Source: an uncultured Bacilli bacterium
GTDB taxonomy: Bacteria > Bacillota_I > Bacilli_A > RF39 > UBA660
Length of the DNA: 63,500 nucleotides
Reading direction: 5' to 3'
NCBI GenBank assembly: GCA_934098555.1
Contig: CAKOOQ010000002.1
Location: 1-63,500, forward strand
Positions 10,205-18,965 of the stretch are shown in pieces. Positions within the stretch are counted from its first letter, which is position 1; the number at the start of each line of letters is the position of its first letter. The translations under genes and the position numbers were made by a program. The notes under the pieces are model-generated. The model saw only the letters and a list, made by a program, of their open reading frames with translations. It was not told where the DNA came from and made no database searches.

Positions 10205-11190
10205 AAAAGAGCATCTCCCGTTTCTAACATTGTCGTAATAAAAATGGCATAACCTGTCGCAGGGTTATCTGTGATAACATGTGTAACCGCCCCGATTATT
10301 TTTCCATTTTGAACAATAGGAGAACCACTCATACCTTGGACAATCCCCCCAGCAGTATCTAACAAGTCTTTATCCGTGACAACAAAGGAAATATTTTTAA
10401 CATCGTTATACTCTTGAATACTTGTAATATCAATTTTATAACTTTTCTTTTCTTGACCTCTTAAAACTGTGTAAATCTCAGCTAAACCAATTTTAATTTC
10501 TTCTTTTTGGGCGACAGGAATAGTTTTAGTATTTAATTTTTCTTTATAAAAGCCATAAATGCCATGTCGGGTGTTATTATTTAAAGGCCCATAAACTTTA
10601 TTAAAATGAAATTCACCATTTTTTTCTCCAGCATTACCGCGAGTACTCTTACGAATGCTTGTCACAGGGCTTTCAAAAATAAGACCCGTTTTTACTTCCA
10701 CAAGTTTTAAACTATTACTTTCTAAAATTTCATGTCCCAAAGCACCATAAATCTTTGTGACTGGATCTACATAGGTAAGGGTACCAAGTCCTGTAATGTT
10801 ATCTTTCACATAAAGTCCTGTTTTATAAACATTATCCACCCTTTTAAGAGGCATGGTAATATCAAACGTTTTTTCCTCTCTTTTAATAGTAAGGGCAACT
10901 TTTTCATTGGAGACATTTTCTAAAATAGCGTCACTTAATGTATTTACAGAATCTATTTCGGTTTTGCCAACCTTTAAAATATAATCGCCGACTTTTATTT
11001 CAGGAGACCCTTTTAAATACGCTCCATCGACTTTATAAAAGCCAACCACTAAGATACCAGGCGTTTTTATTTGAATACCAATATTTTCTCCACCTAAAAT
11101 AACTTCATTAGAATAAGCCAAAACAAGAGTAGGGCATAAAAGCAAGAAGAAAAAAAAGATATTTAAAGAAAATTTTTTCACGCTTATCAC
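10192..11190 (-). CDS. spoIVB: SpoIVB peptidase (S55 family)
   Basis: Signal peptide, PDZ-like segment, GTLTYVDPVTKIYGALGH and GMSGSPIVQNGKIIGAVTHV serine-protease motifs. The start may be the GTG at 11181, after AGGTGA. Confidence 0.85.
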   Translation of the reverse strand: MISVKKFSLNIFFFFLLLCPTLVLAYSNEVILGGENIGIQIKTPGILVVGFYKVDGAYLKGSPEIKVGDYILKVGKTEIDSVNTLSDAILENVSNEKVALTIKREEKTFDITMPLKRVDNVYKTGLYVKDNITGLGTLTYVDPVTKIYGALGHEILESNSLKLVEVKTGLIFESPVTSIRKSTRGNAGEKNGEFHFNKVYGPLNNNTRHGIYGFYKEKLNTKTIPVAQKEEIKIGLAEIYTVLRGQEKKSYKIDITSIQEYNDVKNISFVVTDKDLLDTAGGIVQGMSGSPIVQNGKIIGAVTHVITDNPATGYAIFITTMLETGDALLKKE

Positions 11191-11248
11191 CTCACTCTTA
11201 TTATGTTTTAATAAGACATAAAAAAAATGGTAATAACTGGGTTACCAT

Positions 11249-11344
11249 TTATGAAATAGCATAAGCAATAATACTGCCTGCAATACCTAAAACCATAATA
11301 ATCAAGGTTATCCATGTTACAATTTGTCTTGTTTTTTTACTCAT
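11249..11344 (-). CDS. small membrane peptide (31 aa), unannotated
   Basis: Not in the ORF track because it is under 60 aa. GAAGGTGA RBS 6 nt upstream of the ATG. Product MSKKTRQIVTWITLIIMVLGIAGSIIAYAIS. Confidence 0.3.
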   Translation of the reverse strand: MSKKTRQIVTWITLIIMVLGIAGSIIAYAIS

Positions 11345-11446
11345 TTTGTTCACCTTCTAACTTAAAAGTTCATTATAACTTTAACATAAACCTTAGAAAA
11401 AGTACATAAAAATTTATTTTTGACATACGATTTAACAGGTGAAATT

Positions 11447-12028
11447 ATGACACTTCTAAAAAAGTTTTTAAATCGGAAAAAGTATCTTTTTTTATTTATG
11501 AGTGTTCTTCTTTTGATTGGTTTTATCATCGGACTATATTTGAGTGTGAAACATATTGATTCTTTAAAAGATAGTCTTTATTACTTTATAAGCAATAGAA
11601 ATAATTTGCATTTAAATTATCTTTATATTCATTTTTTCTTTCTCGTTATTAGTTTTCTTTTTTCGTTTTTTGTGGTTGGCTTAGCCTTACTTTGTAGTCT
11701 TATTTTTTATGAAGGCATGACTCTTGGTTTTTTAATTGGCTTGTTTAGCCTAACATTGTCTTTTAAAGGTGGTGTTTATGCCTTTATTTTCTTTATCTTT
11801 ACCCAATTATTTTACCTTATCATTCTCTTTTTCTTTTTTATTAAATGTTTTAATATTGCTCGTAAAATGATAGGAAAGATTCTTTATAAAACAGATCCAA
11901 CCAATTACCTTGTTTTGATGACAAAAAGCTGTGGTATTTTAATTTTAGCTATGGTATTTTATGATTTTTTGCTTTTTCTCTTTAGCAAACCTTTATTAAA
12001 CGTTTTTGCTTTTCTTTTAGAAGTATGA
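11447..12028 (+). CDS. spoIIM: stage II sporulation protein M-like membrane protein
   Basis: Polytopic, about 190 aa. The N-terminal pattern (KKYLFLFMSVLLLIGFIIGLYLS ... DSLYYFI) resembles B. subtilis SpoIIM. AGGTGA RBS before the ATG at 11447. Confidence 0.55.
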   Translation: MTLLKKFLNRKKYLFLFMSVLLLIGFIIGLYLSVKHIDSLKDSLYYFISNRNNLHLNYLYIHFFFLVISFLFSFFVVGLALLCSLIFYEGMTLGFLIGLFSLTLSFKGGVYAFIFFIFTQLFYLIILFFFFIKCFNIARKMIGKILYKTDPTNYLVLMTKSCGILILAMVFYDFLLFLFSKPLLNVFAFLLEV

Positions 12029-12061
12029 TAAAATAAGCCATAGAAAAAGAGGTCGAGACTT

Positions 12062-13177
12062 ATGGCAAAAAAAGTAATTGTGGGAATGAGTGGGGGAGTT
12101 GATTCCGCGGTTAGTGCTTATTTATTAAAAAAGCAAGGCTATGAAGTAGAGGGTCTTTTTATGCGCAATTGGGACGCAGGTCTTAATAATGATATTTTAG
12201 GGAATCCAACTTTAAATAATAATATTTGTCCTCAAGAACAAGATTATAATGATGCTTTAAAAACATGTGAAATACTTGGCATTCCTCTTCATCGTGTGGA
12301 CTTTATTAAAGAATATTGGGATAATGTTTTTACTTATTTTTTAAACGAATTAAAAAAAGGAAGAACCCCTAATCCTGATTTACTTTGTAATAAGTATATT
12401 AAGTTTGATGTCTTTAAAAAAGAAGCCAAAAAACTGGGTGGTGACTTTATGGCCACGGGGCATTATGTCCGATTAAAAGATGGTTTCCTTTTAAAGGGTG
12501 TGGACGAAAACAAAGATCAAACTTATTTCCTTGCCCAATTAAGTAAAGAACAATTAGAAGATGTTTTGTTTCCCGTTGGAGATTTACATAAAGAGGAAGT
12601 AAGAAAAATAGCCAGTGAATGTGGTCTAAACGTGGCAGCTAAAAAAGATTCGACAGGAATTTGCTTTATTGGTGAAAGAAATTATCAAGAGTTTATTCGC
12701 AATTATTTAAAACCTAATCCTGGAAATGTTGTGAATGTGGAAACAAAAGAAGTGATAGGAAGACACACAGGTCTTATGAATTATACTATTGGTCAAAGAA
12801 GAAATGTAGGTCTTTCGGGATTTCAAGAACGTCATTACGTCTGTGGCAAAAACGTTTCTAAAAATGAACTTTATGTGGCTTTTGGTGATGATTCTAGTTA
12901 CTTAATTAGTGATAGTTGTCTTTTAGAAGATGTCAACTTAACCATCGATAATCCGCCAAAGAAGTGTCAAGCCAAATTTCGTTACCGCGGGGAAGATTAT
13001 CCCATAGAACTTGAAATTTTACCTAATAAAATGGCTAAAGTCATTTATAAAGAAGGCGTTAAAGCCGTAACACCTGGTCAATTTTGTGTTTTCTATGACG
13101 GTGATGTTTGCTTTGGAAGTGGCATTATTAAAGAAATCTACAAAAATGATGAAAAAATATGGTATTTGAATAATTAA
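12062..13177 (+). CDS. mnmA: tRNA 2-thiouridine(34) synthase MnmA
   Basis: PP-loop VGMSGGVDSAV, NPDxLCN and DQTYFL motifs, 371 aa. Confidence 0.95.
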   Translation: MAKKVIVGMSGGVDSAVSAYLLKKQGYEVEGLFMRNWDAGLNNDILGNPTLNNNICPQEQDYNDALKTCEILGIPLHRVDFIKEYWDNVFTYFLNELKKGRTPNPDLLCNKYIKFDVFKKEAKKLGGDFMATGHYVRLKDGFLLKGVDENKDQTYFLAQLSKEQLEDVLFPVGDLHKEEVRKIASECGLNVAAKKDSTGICFIGERNYQEFIRNYLKPNPGNVVNVETKEVIGRHTGLMNYTIGQRRNVGLSGFQERHYVCGKNVSKNELYVAFGDDSSYLISDSCLLEDVNLTIDNPPKKCQAKFRYRGEDYPIELEILPNKMAKVIYKEGVKAVTPGQFCVFYDGDVCFGSGIIKEIYKNDEKIWYLNN

Positions 13178-13277
13178 GAGACCAACATGGCAATTTTAAA
13201 GTTTCTTTTTTATTGATATGATATCTTAGATACATTAAATATTCCGTATGAAAGGGAAGATTATTTTTCCCACTGAA

Positions 13278-13310
13278 GAGAGAGATGAATTTGTATCTCT
13301 CTCATTTTTT
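13278..13310 (+). terminator. rho-independent terminator downstream of mnmA
   Basis: GAGAGAGAT-gaatttgt-ATCTCTCTC followed by TTTTTT. Confidence 0.5.
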
Positions 13311-13362
13311 GTAGTAAAATAAAAGCTTTGCGAAGATTTAATACCATATTAAAAAGTGACTC

Positions 13363-13383
13363 GGCGAAAATTAGGCGAAATTA
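13363..13383 (+). repeat. tandem GGCGAAA(A)TTA repeat upstream of the island's first gene
   Basis: GGCGAAAATTA and GGCGAAATTA are directly abutted, about 5 nt upstream of a TTGAAC -35-like hexamer. Relatively GC-rich for the region. Confidence 0.4.
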
Positions 13384-13441
13384 AGTTTTTGAACTATAAT
13401 AATATGTTATAATATTATTTAGTTATTTTGGGGGTGTTTTA

Positions 13442-13789
13442 ATGTATAAGTTTATAAGTATAATAAGTGCACTAATAAGACAATTCTTATTGCCAAATCC
13501 ATATATAAATTTATTTAGTCAAGAAGTATACGCTGATTTATTCAATATAATAATAGGTGGAATAATTTTACATAAGTTATCATTTTGGCTAACTGGAATG
13601 GCATATACAAGAGGTATTAATGAGCCAGCAGAAGGAAGTATTGGATATTTATTTAGCTATATAATACTAACTTTATTAATTACGTTTCTAAGTAAAATAA
13701 TAAGTAATATTTGGATAATGGTTTGTGCGTTTTTAATTATTTATATTTTGTTTTGTATTGTTGTAAGCAAAACTTTTAACAGACCATAA
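13442..13789 (+). CDS. small 3-TM membrane protein (115 aa), unknown function
   Basis: GGGGG RBS and three hydrophobic helices. It has its own terminator at about 13860-13887. First gene of the low-GC island. Confidence 0.5.
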   Translation: MYKFISIISALIRQFLLPNPYINLFSQEVYADLFNIIIGGIILHKLSFWLTGMAYTRGINEPAEGSIGYLFSYIILTLLITFLSKIISNIWIMVCAFLIIYILFCIVVSKTFNRP

Positions 13790-13859
13790 GTATTTTTAAT
13801 AAATTTAATAAGAATAGCAGACAGATACTCTAAAAAGTGCTATCCTTATAATAGCGATT

Positions 13860-13887
13860 GATACTATTATTATAGTATCTTTTTTTG
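13860..13887 (+). terminator. rho-independent terminator
   Basis: GATACTAT-tatt-ATAGTATC followed by TTTTTTT. Confidence 0.5.
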
Positions 13888-13901
13888 TTAGGAGAAATGT
13901 T

Positions 13902-14849
13902 ATGCAAAAAATACTAAAATCAGGGATGACAATTGGAATATCAATGATGTCTGTTTTAATTCCAGATGTGAAAGAATTAATAATTTCAATAGTAGAGAAA
14001 TTATTTGATTTAGATACAGTTGAAATAAATCCTATTTATTGTAGTGGTTTGGGTTTTTTATTATTTATTATTTGTTTAATTACTTATATTAAATATAATG
14101 ATAGAGATAGAATAATTAACATAGTTGGATTCGGCAATAATGAATATTGGGAAAGAAATAATAAGAACGTTGAGACAATTGATGTAAGAAATTGGTTTAA
14201 TGTAAAAGATAAAGACAAAAATAAGTATTTGAAAAAAGTACTTAATGATTCTGATAATTGTGTTTACAAATATTTAGCTTCTGGCTTATCTTACACTGCA
14301 ATAGCTCCTATACCATTAGTTTCAATTATTGGGAGACACTTTTCCAAAATAAAAATAAATAATTATTATGAATATTTAAATAAAAGTTCGAATGTAAAAA
14401 AAATAAATAACTCAATATTTTTTCCTAGATTAAAACTGGAAATTACAAATAAAGATAGTTCTAATGAATACGCGTTGATATCGGTTAGCACCACAGCAAA
14501 TATTAAAAAGCATCAAATAGCACAATTTGGAGATTGTTTACACTATAATACTTACATTTCAAATCCACATCAAAACTCAATTTATTCGAAGAAGCAACTG
14601 TTTAATTATTGCAATAAAATAATTGAACAAATAAATGAAATTAGTGCTTTAAAAGAAATAAAAAGAATTTATATAGTCTTTGCAACTCAATCACCCTTAC
14701 CATTCGAAATTGGTAAACAACTAAACGATAGGATGGCAAAAGAAGTTATTATTTGTCATTATCAAAACGATTCTTGCGTTCCTTATGAGTGGGGAATAGC
14801 TCTAAATGGAAAAAATAAAGAAAAATATATTGACTTAAAGAAGGTATAA
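13902..14849 (+). CDS. TM-SAVED-like CBASS effector (putative)
   Basis: AGGAG RBS. N-terminal hydrophobic segments (strong helix at aa 45-64). The C-terminal 240 aa or so contain two copies of the CARF/SAVED-like strand-Pro-helix-Gly pattern (AIAPIPLVSIIGR at aa 133-145, YIVFATQSPLPFEIGKQL at aa 257-274) and end in a Y/W-rich strand. The stop is 1 nt from the cyclase ATG. Confidence 0.55.
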   Translation: MQKILKSGMTIGISMMSVLIPDVKELIISIVEKLFDLDTVEINPIYCSGLGFLLFIICLITYIKYNDRDRIINIVGFGNNEYWERNNKNVETIDVRNWFNVKDKDKNKYLKKVLNDSDNCVYKYLASGLSYTAIAPIPLVSIIGRHFSKIKINNYYEYLNKSSNVKKINNSIFFPRLKLEITNKDSSNEYALISVSTTANIKKHQIAQFGDCLHYNTYISNPHQNSIYSKKQLFNYCNKIIEQINEISALKEIKRIYIVFATQSPLPFEIGKQLNDRMAKEVIICHYQNDSCVPYEWGIALNGKNKEKYIDLKKV

Positions 14850-14850
14850 A

Positions 14851-16242
14851 ATGGCAATAAAATTAGAAGATTTGAAAAAAGTTGATTTTTCACAAATGTT
14901 AAATACATTTTATATAAACAATGTAATTCTACCTTTAGAAAAAGTCGAAGAACTTAAAGAGAAGAAAGATTTAAATATTAGAAGATTAAAAGAGGGATTA
15001 GAAGAGTATAACATAGAAAATTCTACGGAATACAAAATAGATGAGTTTGTACTTCAAGGTAGCATTGCTATGGGTACTGCAGTATCAGCAGATGAAAAGA
15101 ATTATGATATTGATATAGGTGTTATTATGGATAAATCTGCTTTACCAGATGGTACATTGAGTGCTAAAAAAATAATATCGGAATCTTTGAAGAAGAAATG
15201 TTATAACATGAAAAACAACCCAGACCCAAATGGTAATAGTATTACAATTGAATATGAAGAAGGTTATCATTTGGATTTTGCACTTTATGGTAAGAAAGAT
15301 AAAAAATATTATCATTGTGGAACAACAAGTTGGGATGAAAGAAATCCTAAGGCTATTTCTTGGTGGTTTAATAATCAAAATCAAAAGTATAATAATAGAT
15401 TGCAAATGATGACTAAGTTCTTAAAATTTTTTTGTAAGCAAGATAGTGATTGGATAATGCCGGGCGGTTTAATAATAAGTGTTTTAGTAGATGAAGCTAT
15501 AAAAAAAGAAGACTTATCATTATCATACGATGTTTTATTAAAGAATATTGTAAATAGTATTGTTAAAAGATTAAGATATGATAAGAGTGTATATAATCCT
15601 GTTAATTTAAGTAAGAATCTAATTGTAAAACAAAAAGATGTGCAAAAATTAAAGAATTTACATAATAGGTTAGAAAATAGGATTACAAAAGTTAACAATT
15701 TAACAATTAATAGTACAAGCGTAGAAATATACGAGGCTTGGAATTATTTCTTTGGTGAAGAATATTTTTCTGATGATTTTGAATTAAAAATAATACAATG
15801 TGAAGATAATGAAGAATATATAAATACCTATTTTGATATTTTAAGAGATAATAACACTAATAATTTGATTAAATGCCAATTATCATCTAAAGAAGGAAGT
15901 ACTGATGGTAGAACTATTAGAAATTATGAATCTAATATGCCTTTAAGTGTTTCTAGGTATAAAGATGAGCGACTAATATTTACAGCTCATCCGATGATTT
16001 CAGGACAGTATACAATATTATGGAAAATTAGAAATAATGGAAAAAAGGCTGTAGAGAATAATTCATTACGTGGAAATATAGTTTATTCTAATACTGCTTA
16101 TAATTTTAACTATATTGATATAAATGGAAATACAAGATATGAAAATATATCTTTTCCAGGTCATCATTATATTGATTGTTATGTAATAAAGGATGACTAT
16201 GTTATTCAATCGGAAAGATTTTTAGTGAATTTAACAGAATAA
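14851..16242 (+). CDS. CD-NTase/SMODS-type cyclic (oligo)nucleotide synthase with C-terminal AGS-C-like sensor domain
   Basis: Pol-beta NTase signature G70-S71...(14 aa)...D86-I-D88 and third acidic residue D142 (HLDFALY). SMODS-like helix NPKAISWWFNNQNQKYNNRLQMMTKFLKFF. C-terminal 170 aa beta-rich domain with YTILWKIRNNGKKAVENNSLRGNIV ... FPGHHYIDCYVIKDDYVIQ. Confidence 0.7.
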   Translation: MAIKLEDLKKVDFSQMLNTFYINNVILPLEKVEELKEKKDLNIRRLKEGLEEYNIENSTEYKIDEFVLQGSIAMGTAVSADEKNYDIDIGVIMDKSALPDGTLSAKKIISESLKKKCYNMKNNPDPNGNSITIEYEEGYHLDFALYGKKDKKYYHCGTTSWDERNPKAISWWFNNQNQKYNNRLQMMTKFLKFFCKQDSDWIMPGGLIISVLVDEAIKKEDLSLSYDVLLKNIVNSIVKRLRYDKSVYNPVNLSKNLIVKQKDVQKLKNLHNRLENRITKVNNLTINSTSVEIYEAWNYFFGEEYFSDDFELKIIQCEDNEEYINTYFDILRDNNTNNLIKCQLSSKEGSTDGRTIRNYESNMPLSVSRYKDERLIFTAHPMISGQYTILWKIRNNGKKAVENNSLRGNIVYSNTAYNFNYIDINGNTRYENISFPGHHYIDCYVIKDDYVIQSERFLVNLTE

Positions 16243-16467
16243 ATAGTATTTATTTAAAATATGGAACACTTTAAATAAATATAATATGTTTTATTAATAA
16301 AAAAGTTTTCGTTAATCTGAAATATGCTAGATTAAATGTGGGAACTTCCTTTATTTTGCTTACAGACTTACAATTAAAAGTTATATTAATAATTATCAAG
16401 CTGGTTACTTTATTTGAAAAAACAAGTTATAATATTTAATCGTACATTATAAGGTAAGGTTGATAGT

Positions 16468-16869
16468 ATGGCTAATATATTCAGAGTAGTAAAAGATAAA
16501 AACTATACAATTGTTAATAATGAATATTTAAAGAATAAAAATCTTAGAGTAGATAGTATAGGATTATTAACTATAATACTATCATTACCATCAGACTTTA
16601 ATATAACTATCAAAGGTTTAATTAGTCTTACACATCAAAAAGCAAATTATAGAGCTATTAAAGTAATGCTTGATAATTTAAAAGAAAATGGTTATTTAGA
16701 AATAACTAAGTTAAGAGATGAAAAAGGTCATTTTTTCTTTAACTATATATTTTTTGAAAGTAATAGACCTAATCCACTATACACTTTTTATATAGTGGAC
16801 GACGCTAATCAGAGTGTTATAAACGATAATAAAACTAATTCTCCACTACCAGCAAAAAAGGAGTGGTAA
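16468..16869 (+). CDS. winged-helix DNA-binding protein of the phage/plasmid replication-organiser N-terminal type
   Basis: Pattern F-x-V...YTIVNNEYLKNKNL...IGLLTIILSLPSDFNITIKGL...LKENGYLEITKLRDEKGHF is typical of Firmicutes mobile-element wHTH proteins. Confidence 0.5.
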   Translation: MANIFRVVKDKNYTIVNNEYLKNKNLRVDSIGLLTIILSLPSDFNITIKGLISLTHQKANYRAIKVMLDNLKENGYLEITKLRDEKGHFFFNYIFFESNRPNPLYTFYIVDDANQSVINDNKTNSPLPAKKEW

Positions 16870-16905
16870 GTATAGGGCGTTTTGATTTTCTTTGTTTACT
16901 TTTAC

Positions 16906-16935
16906 TTGACACAAAAGTGTCTAGTGCTTTATAAT
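16906..16935 (+). promoter_or_regulatory. promoter with overlapping palindromic operator
   Basis: TTGACA-18 nt-TATAAT. The perfect palindrome GACAC-aaaa-GTGTC (16908-16921) overlaps the -35 and spacer. Confidence 0.5.
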
Positions 16936-16974
16936 TGAGTTGTAAAATATAAATAAAGAGAGTAGGCAAAGATA

Positions 16975-17769
16975 ATGAACAGATTAAACGAATTATTACA
17001 AGAATTAGGAATTTCCAAAGTGCGATTGGCTAAATATTTAGGTGTATCAAGACAGATGGTTTATAATTATCTTGAACTTGATGACATTAATAAATGGCCT
17101 AAAGAAAAGAAAATTTTGCTTTACCGTTTACTAGATATTAATGATGATAAAAATCAATCTATTGATTCCATAAAAGTAACAACCGATTATCTTATGAGTG
17201 TTGAAAATAGATTAAATACCGGTGTTAAAGGAACTACCAATATTTCTAACTATTTTGACTTAAAGAATTTAAATAAAGAATCTCAAATTCTTATCACCAA
17301 CATTTTAAATTTACTAAGAGAAAGGTTAGGGGATGATAAGAAAAAACAAGAAAATTATTATGCCTTTTTATACCTTTATCATATGCTTCAATCTATGGAC
17401 AATGTTCCTGAAATAAAATATATTTTTGGATATATGTCAAAGGCTACGGGATTCACAAATCCGGAAGAATTTAAGTTTAATGAAGATAGACAATTTATCT
17501 TTGAAGGAATTTTGTACTCTGCCCTAACGCTTTATAACAATGGGGGAGCCTCACGTAGCAAACTTGCCCTATCGCATAAACGGTTTGTTCAAGAGATAGA
17601 AAAACAAAATGAAGAAAAATTAAGTCGTACCCAACAATTATTTACTTTGAGAACACAAGCTTTAAAGGAATTAGGCTATACAGAGATGAATGAATCTAAT
17701 GCCTCAGAAATTATAGAAAAAATTGCCGAAATTGAATCACGTGGTTCAATTATGAATGCTGACGAATAA
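16975..17769 (+). CDS. HTH (XRE-like) DNA-binding protein with 200-aa C-terminal domain
   Basis: N-terminal LNELLQELGISKVRLAKYLGVSRQMVYNYL helix-turn-helix. The rest is unrecognised. Confidence 0.6.
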   Translation: MNRLNELLQELGISKVRLAKYLGVSRQMVYNYLELDDINKWPKEKKILLYRLLDINDDKNQSIDSIKVTTDYLMSVENRLNTGVKGTTNISNYFDLKNLNKESQILITNILNLLRERLGDDKKKQENYYAFLYLYHMLQSMDNVPEIKYIFGYMSKATGFTNPEEFKFNEDRQFIFEGILYSALTLYNNGGASRSKLALSHKRFVQEIEKQNEEKLSRTQQLFTLRTQALKELGYTEMNESNASEIIEKIAEIESRGSIMNADE

Positions 17770-17795
17770 TATCTATTTTTATAGATATTTTTATT
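17769..17795 (+). terminator. rho-independent terminator
   Basis: ATATCTAT-tttt-ATAGATAT followed by a T-rich run. Confidence 0.45.
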
Positions 17796-18025
17796 TTAAA
17801 ACTTGCAACGAGATGATGGATTGTTCATCTTTTAAAATTTCGATGCAAATGAGATGCTTGTCAAAAATCATATTTTTATCAAAAAAGTTTAAATATTATT
17901 TTAACAAACAAGAAATTTTATAATATGTTATATGATATACAATATATAATTGTATTCAGCATATTATTAATACGATAAAATATGCTAAAATTTCTATTAT
18001 TTTTATTATAATCTAATAAATATAA

Positions 18026-18053
18026 AAGTTGCATAATATATATTATGTTAACC
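18026..18053 (+). other. dif-like XerC/XerD recombination site (attL of prophage)
   Basis: AAGTTGCATAA-TATATA-TTATGTTAACC. The central hexamer is identical to B. subtilis dif. The right arm matches TTATGT(A/T)AA of the B. subtilis and E. coli dif XerD arms. The left arm ends in GCATAA as in E. coli dif. Reference sequences are quoted from memory. Confidence 0.6.
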
Positions 18054-18068
18054 GTGATATTTTAAATT
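18040..18068 (+). repeat. 29-bp direct repeat, left copy (att core)
   Basis: ATATTATGTTAACCGTGATATTTTAAATT is identical to 26124-26152. Confidence 0.9.
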
Positions 18069-18346
18069 AAATGCAGTTCGCTATACTGCTCTTGTTCTCT
18101 TTTTTTATAGATTTCTAAAAGTTCGATACGTTGTTTTATTAATTCTTTATAAAACATAAGTTCTTTCATAGAATAACACGACAACATTGCATAGCGTTTG
18201 TAATATTCATGATGACCATAAACCTTACAAAAATTATAAGCGCATACTAACAAATCATATCGATTTTTTAAATAAGTTAAATTATTACAAGAACTAACTT
18301 CTTTTACAAACTTCTTTTCATTTTCAGATAAACCTTTATACATCAT
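18062..18346 (-). CDS. phage hypothetical protein (94 aa)
   Basis: ORF overlapping the Rep stop by 11 nt. Last gene before attL. Confidence 0.45.
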   Translation of the reverse strand: MMYKGLSENEKKFVKEVSSCNNLTYLKNRYDLLVCAYNFCKVYGHHEYYKRYAMLSCYSMKELMFYKELIKQRIELLEIYKKREQEQYSELHLI

Positions 18347-18965
18347 AGTAAGACATTACCCTTTCATACGGCTCATTATGTTTTTGCAAAGCCCTTATAA
18401 ATGTCACAGTCGAACGTCTATAAATATCATACAAACCATTTAAAGCCACATACCTAACAAAATCTTGTTCATCTAAGTAACCAACAAAACTATCAATGTA
18501 ATCCAACAATTCTAAAACCTTTTCACTCTCATCTTTACCGGAATTTTTAATATAATTTTTTAACTTTTGTTTGAGACTACCCTGCACATTTCTAACGTCA
18601 TATTGATACTTATCAGGTTCATTATAATGAATCAAATAAAGTAAACTACGTTCTAAACTTCGACATTTTTGTATATAATTAATTTCAATACCTAAATCTT
18701 TAGCTAAAGCCGAATTCCATACTGGATTATTAAAACGGATAACAACATGTGTATGAACTTTTTTTAGATTTCCATCTTCATCTAAATCACTATCATGATT
18801 AATCGAAGCATAATCGTATGAACGTTTTACAATCTCAATTGCTTCTTTATGGCTTTCGTCCTCATTTGGATAAAGTAACAAGCAAAACTTTCTATCTCTA
18901 AACTTTTCAATAGCCAAACTATCACCCTCCCCTATTTTGACACAAATTTTTTTAAATTGACACAA
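18336..18965 (-). CDS. rolling-circle replication initiator (HUH endonuclease, plasmid Rep_2/RepB-like)
   Basis: HUH motif KKVHTHVVI (H71-T-H73) and Tyr motif SLLYLIHYNE about 40 aa downstream. TTG start with no clear RBS, so the start is uncertain. Confidence 0.7.
   Translation of the reverse strand: MCQFKKICVKIGEGDSLAIEKFRDRKFCLLLYPNEDESHKEAIEIVKRSYDYASINHDSDLDEDGNLKKVHTHVVIRFNNPVWNSALAKDLGIEINYIQKCRSLERSLLYLIHYNEPDKYQYDVRNVQGSLKQKLKNYIKNSGKDESEKVLELLDYIDSFVGYLDEQDFVRYVALNGLYDIYRRSTVTFIRALQKHNEPYERVMSYYDV

Noticed and set aside
10030-10227. 65-aa ORF overlapping the 3' end of proS and the terminator.
   Set aside because: It is an alternative frame of the conserved ProRS C-terminal domain, with no RBS, and it runs through the terminator hairpin.
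13389-13413. TTGAAC ... TATAAT as the promoter of the island.
   Set aside because: The spacing between the hexamers is only about 13 nt, or zero for the alternative -10. It is not convincing enough to list as a promoter, so the real promoter remains undefined.
15142-15698. Two antisense ORFs (87 and 105 aa) inside the cyclase gene, and three (20197-21186) inside the large phage gene.
   Set aside because: They are shadow ORFs in very AT-rich DNA that overlap longer ORFs carrying recognisable motifs or signal peptides. Their products are Ile/Leu/Phe-rich and none has an RBS.
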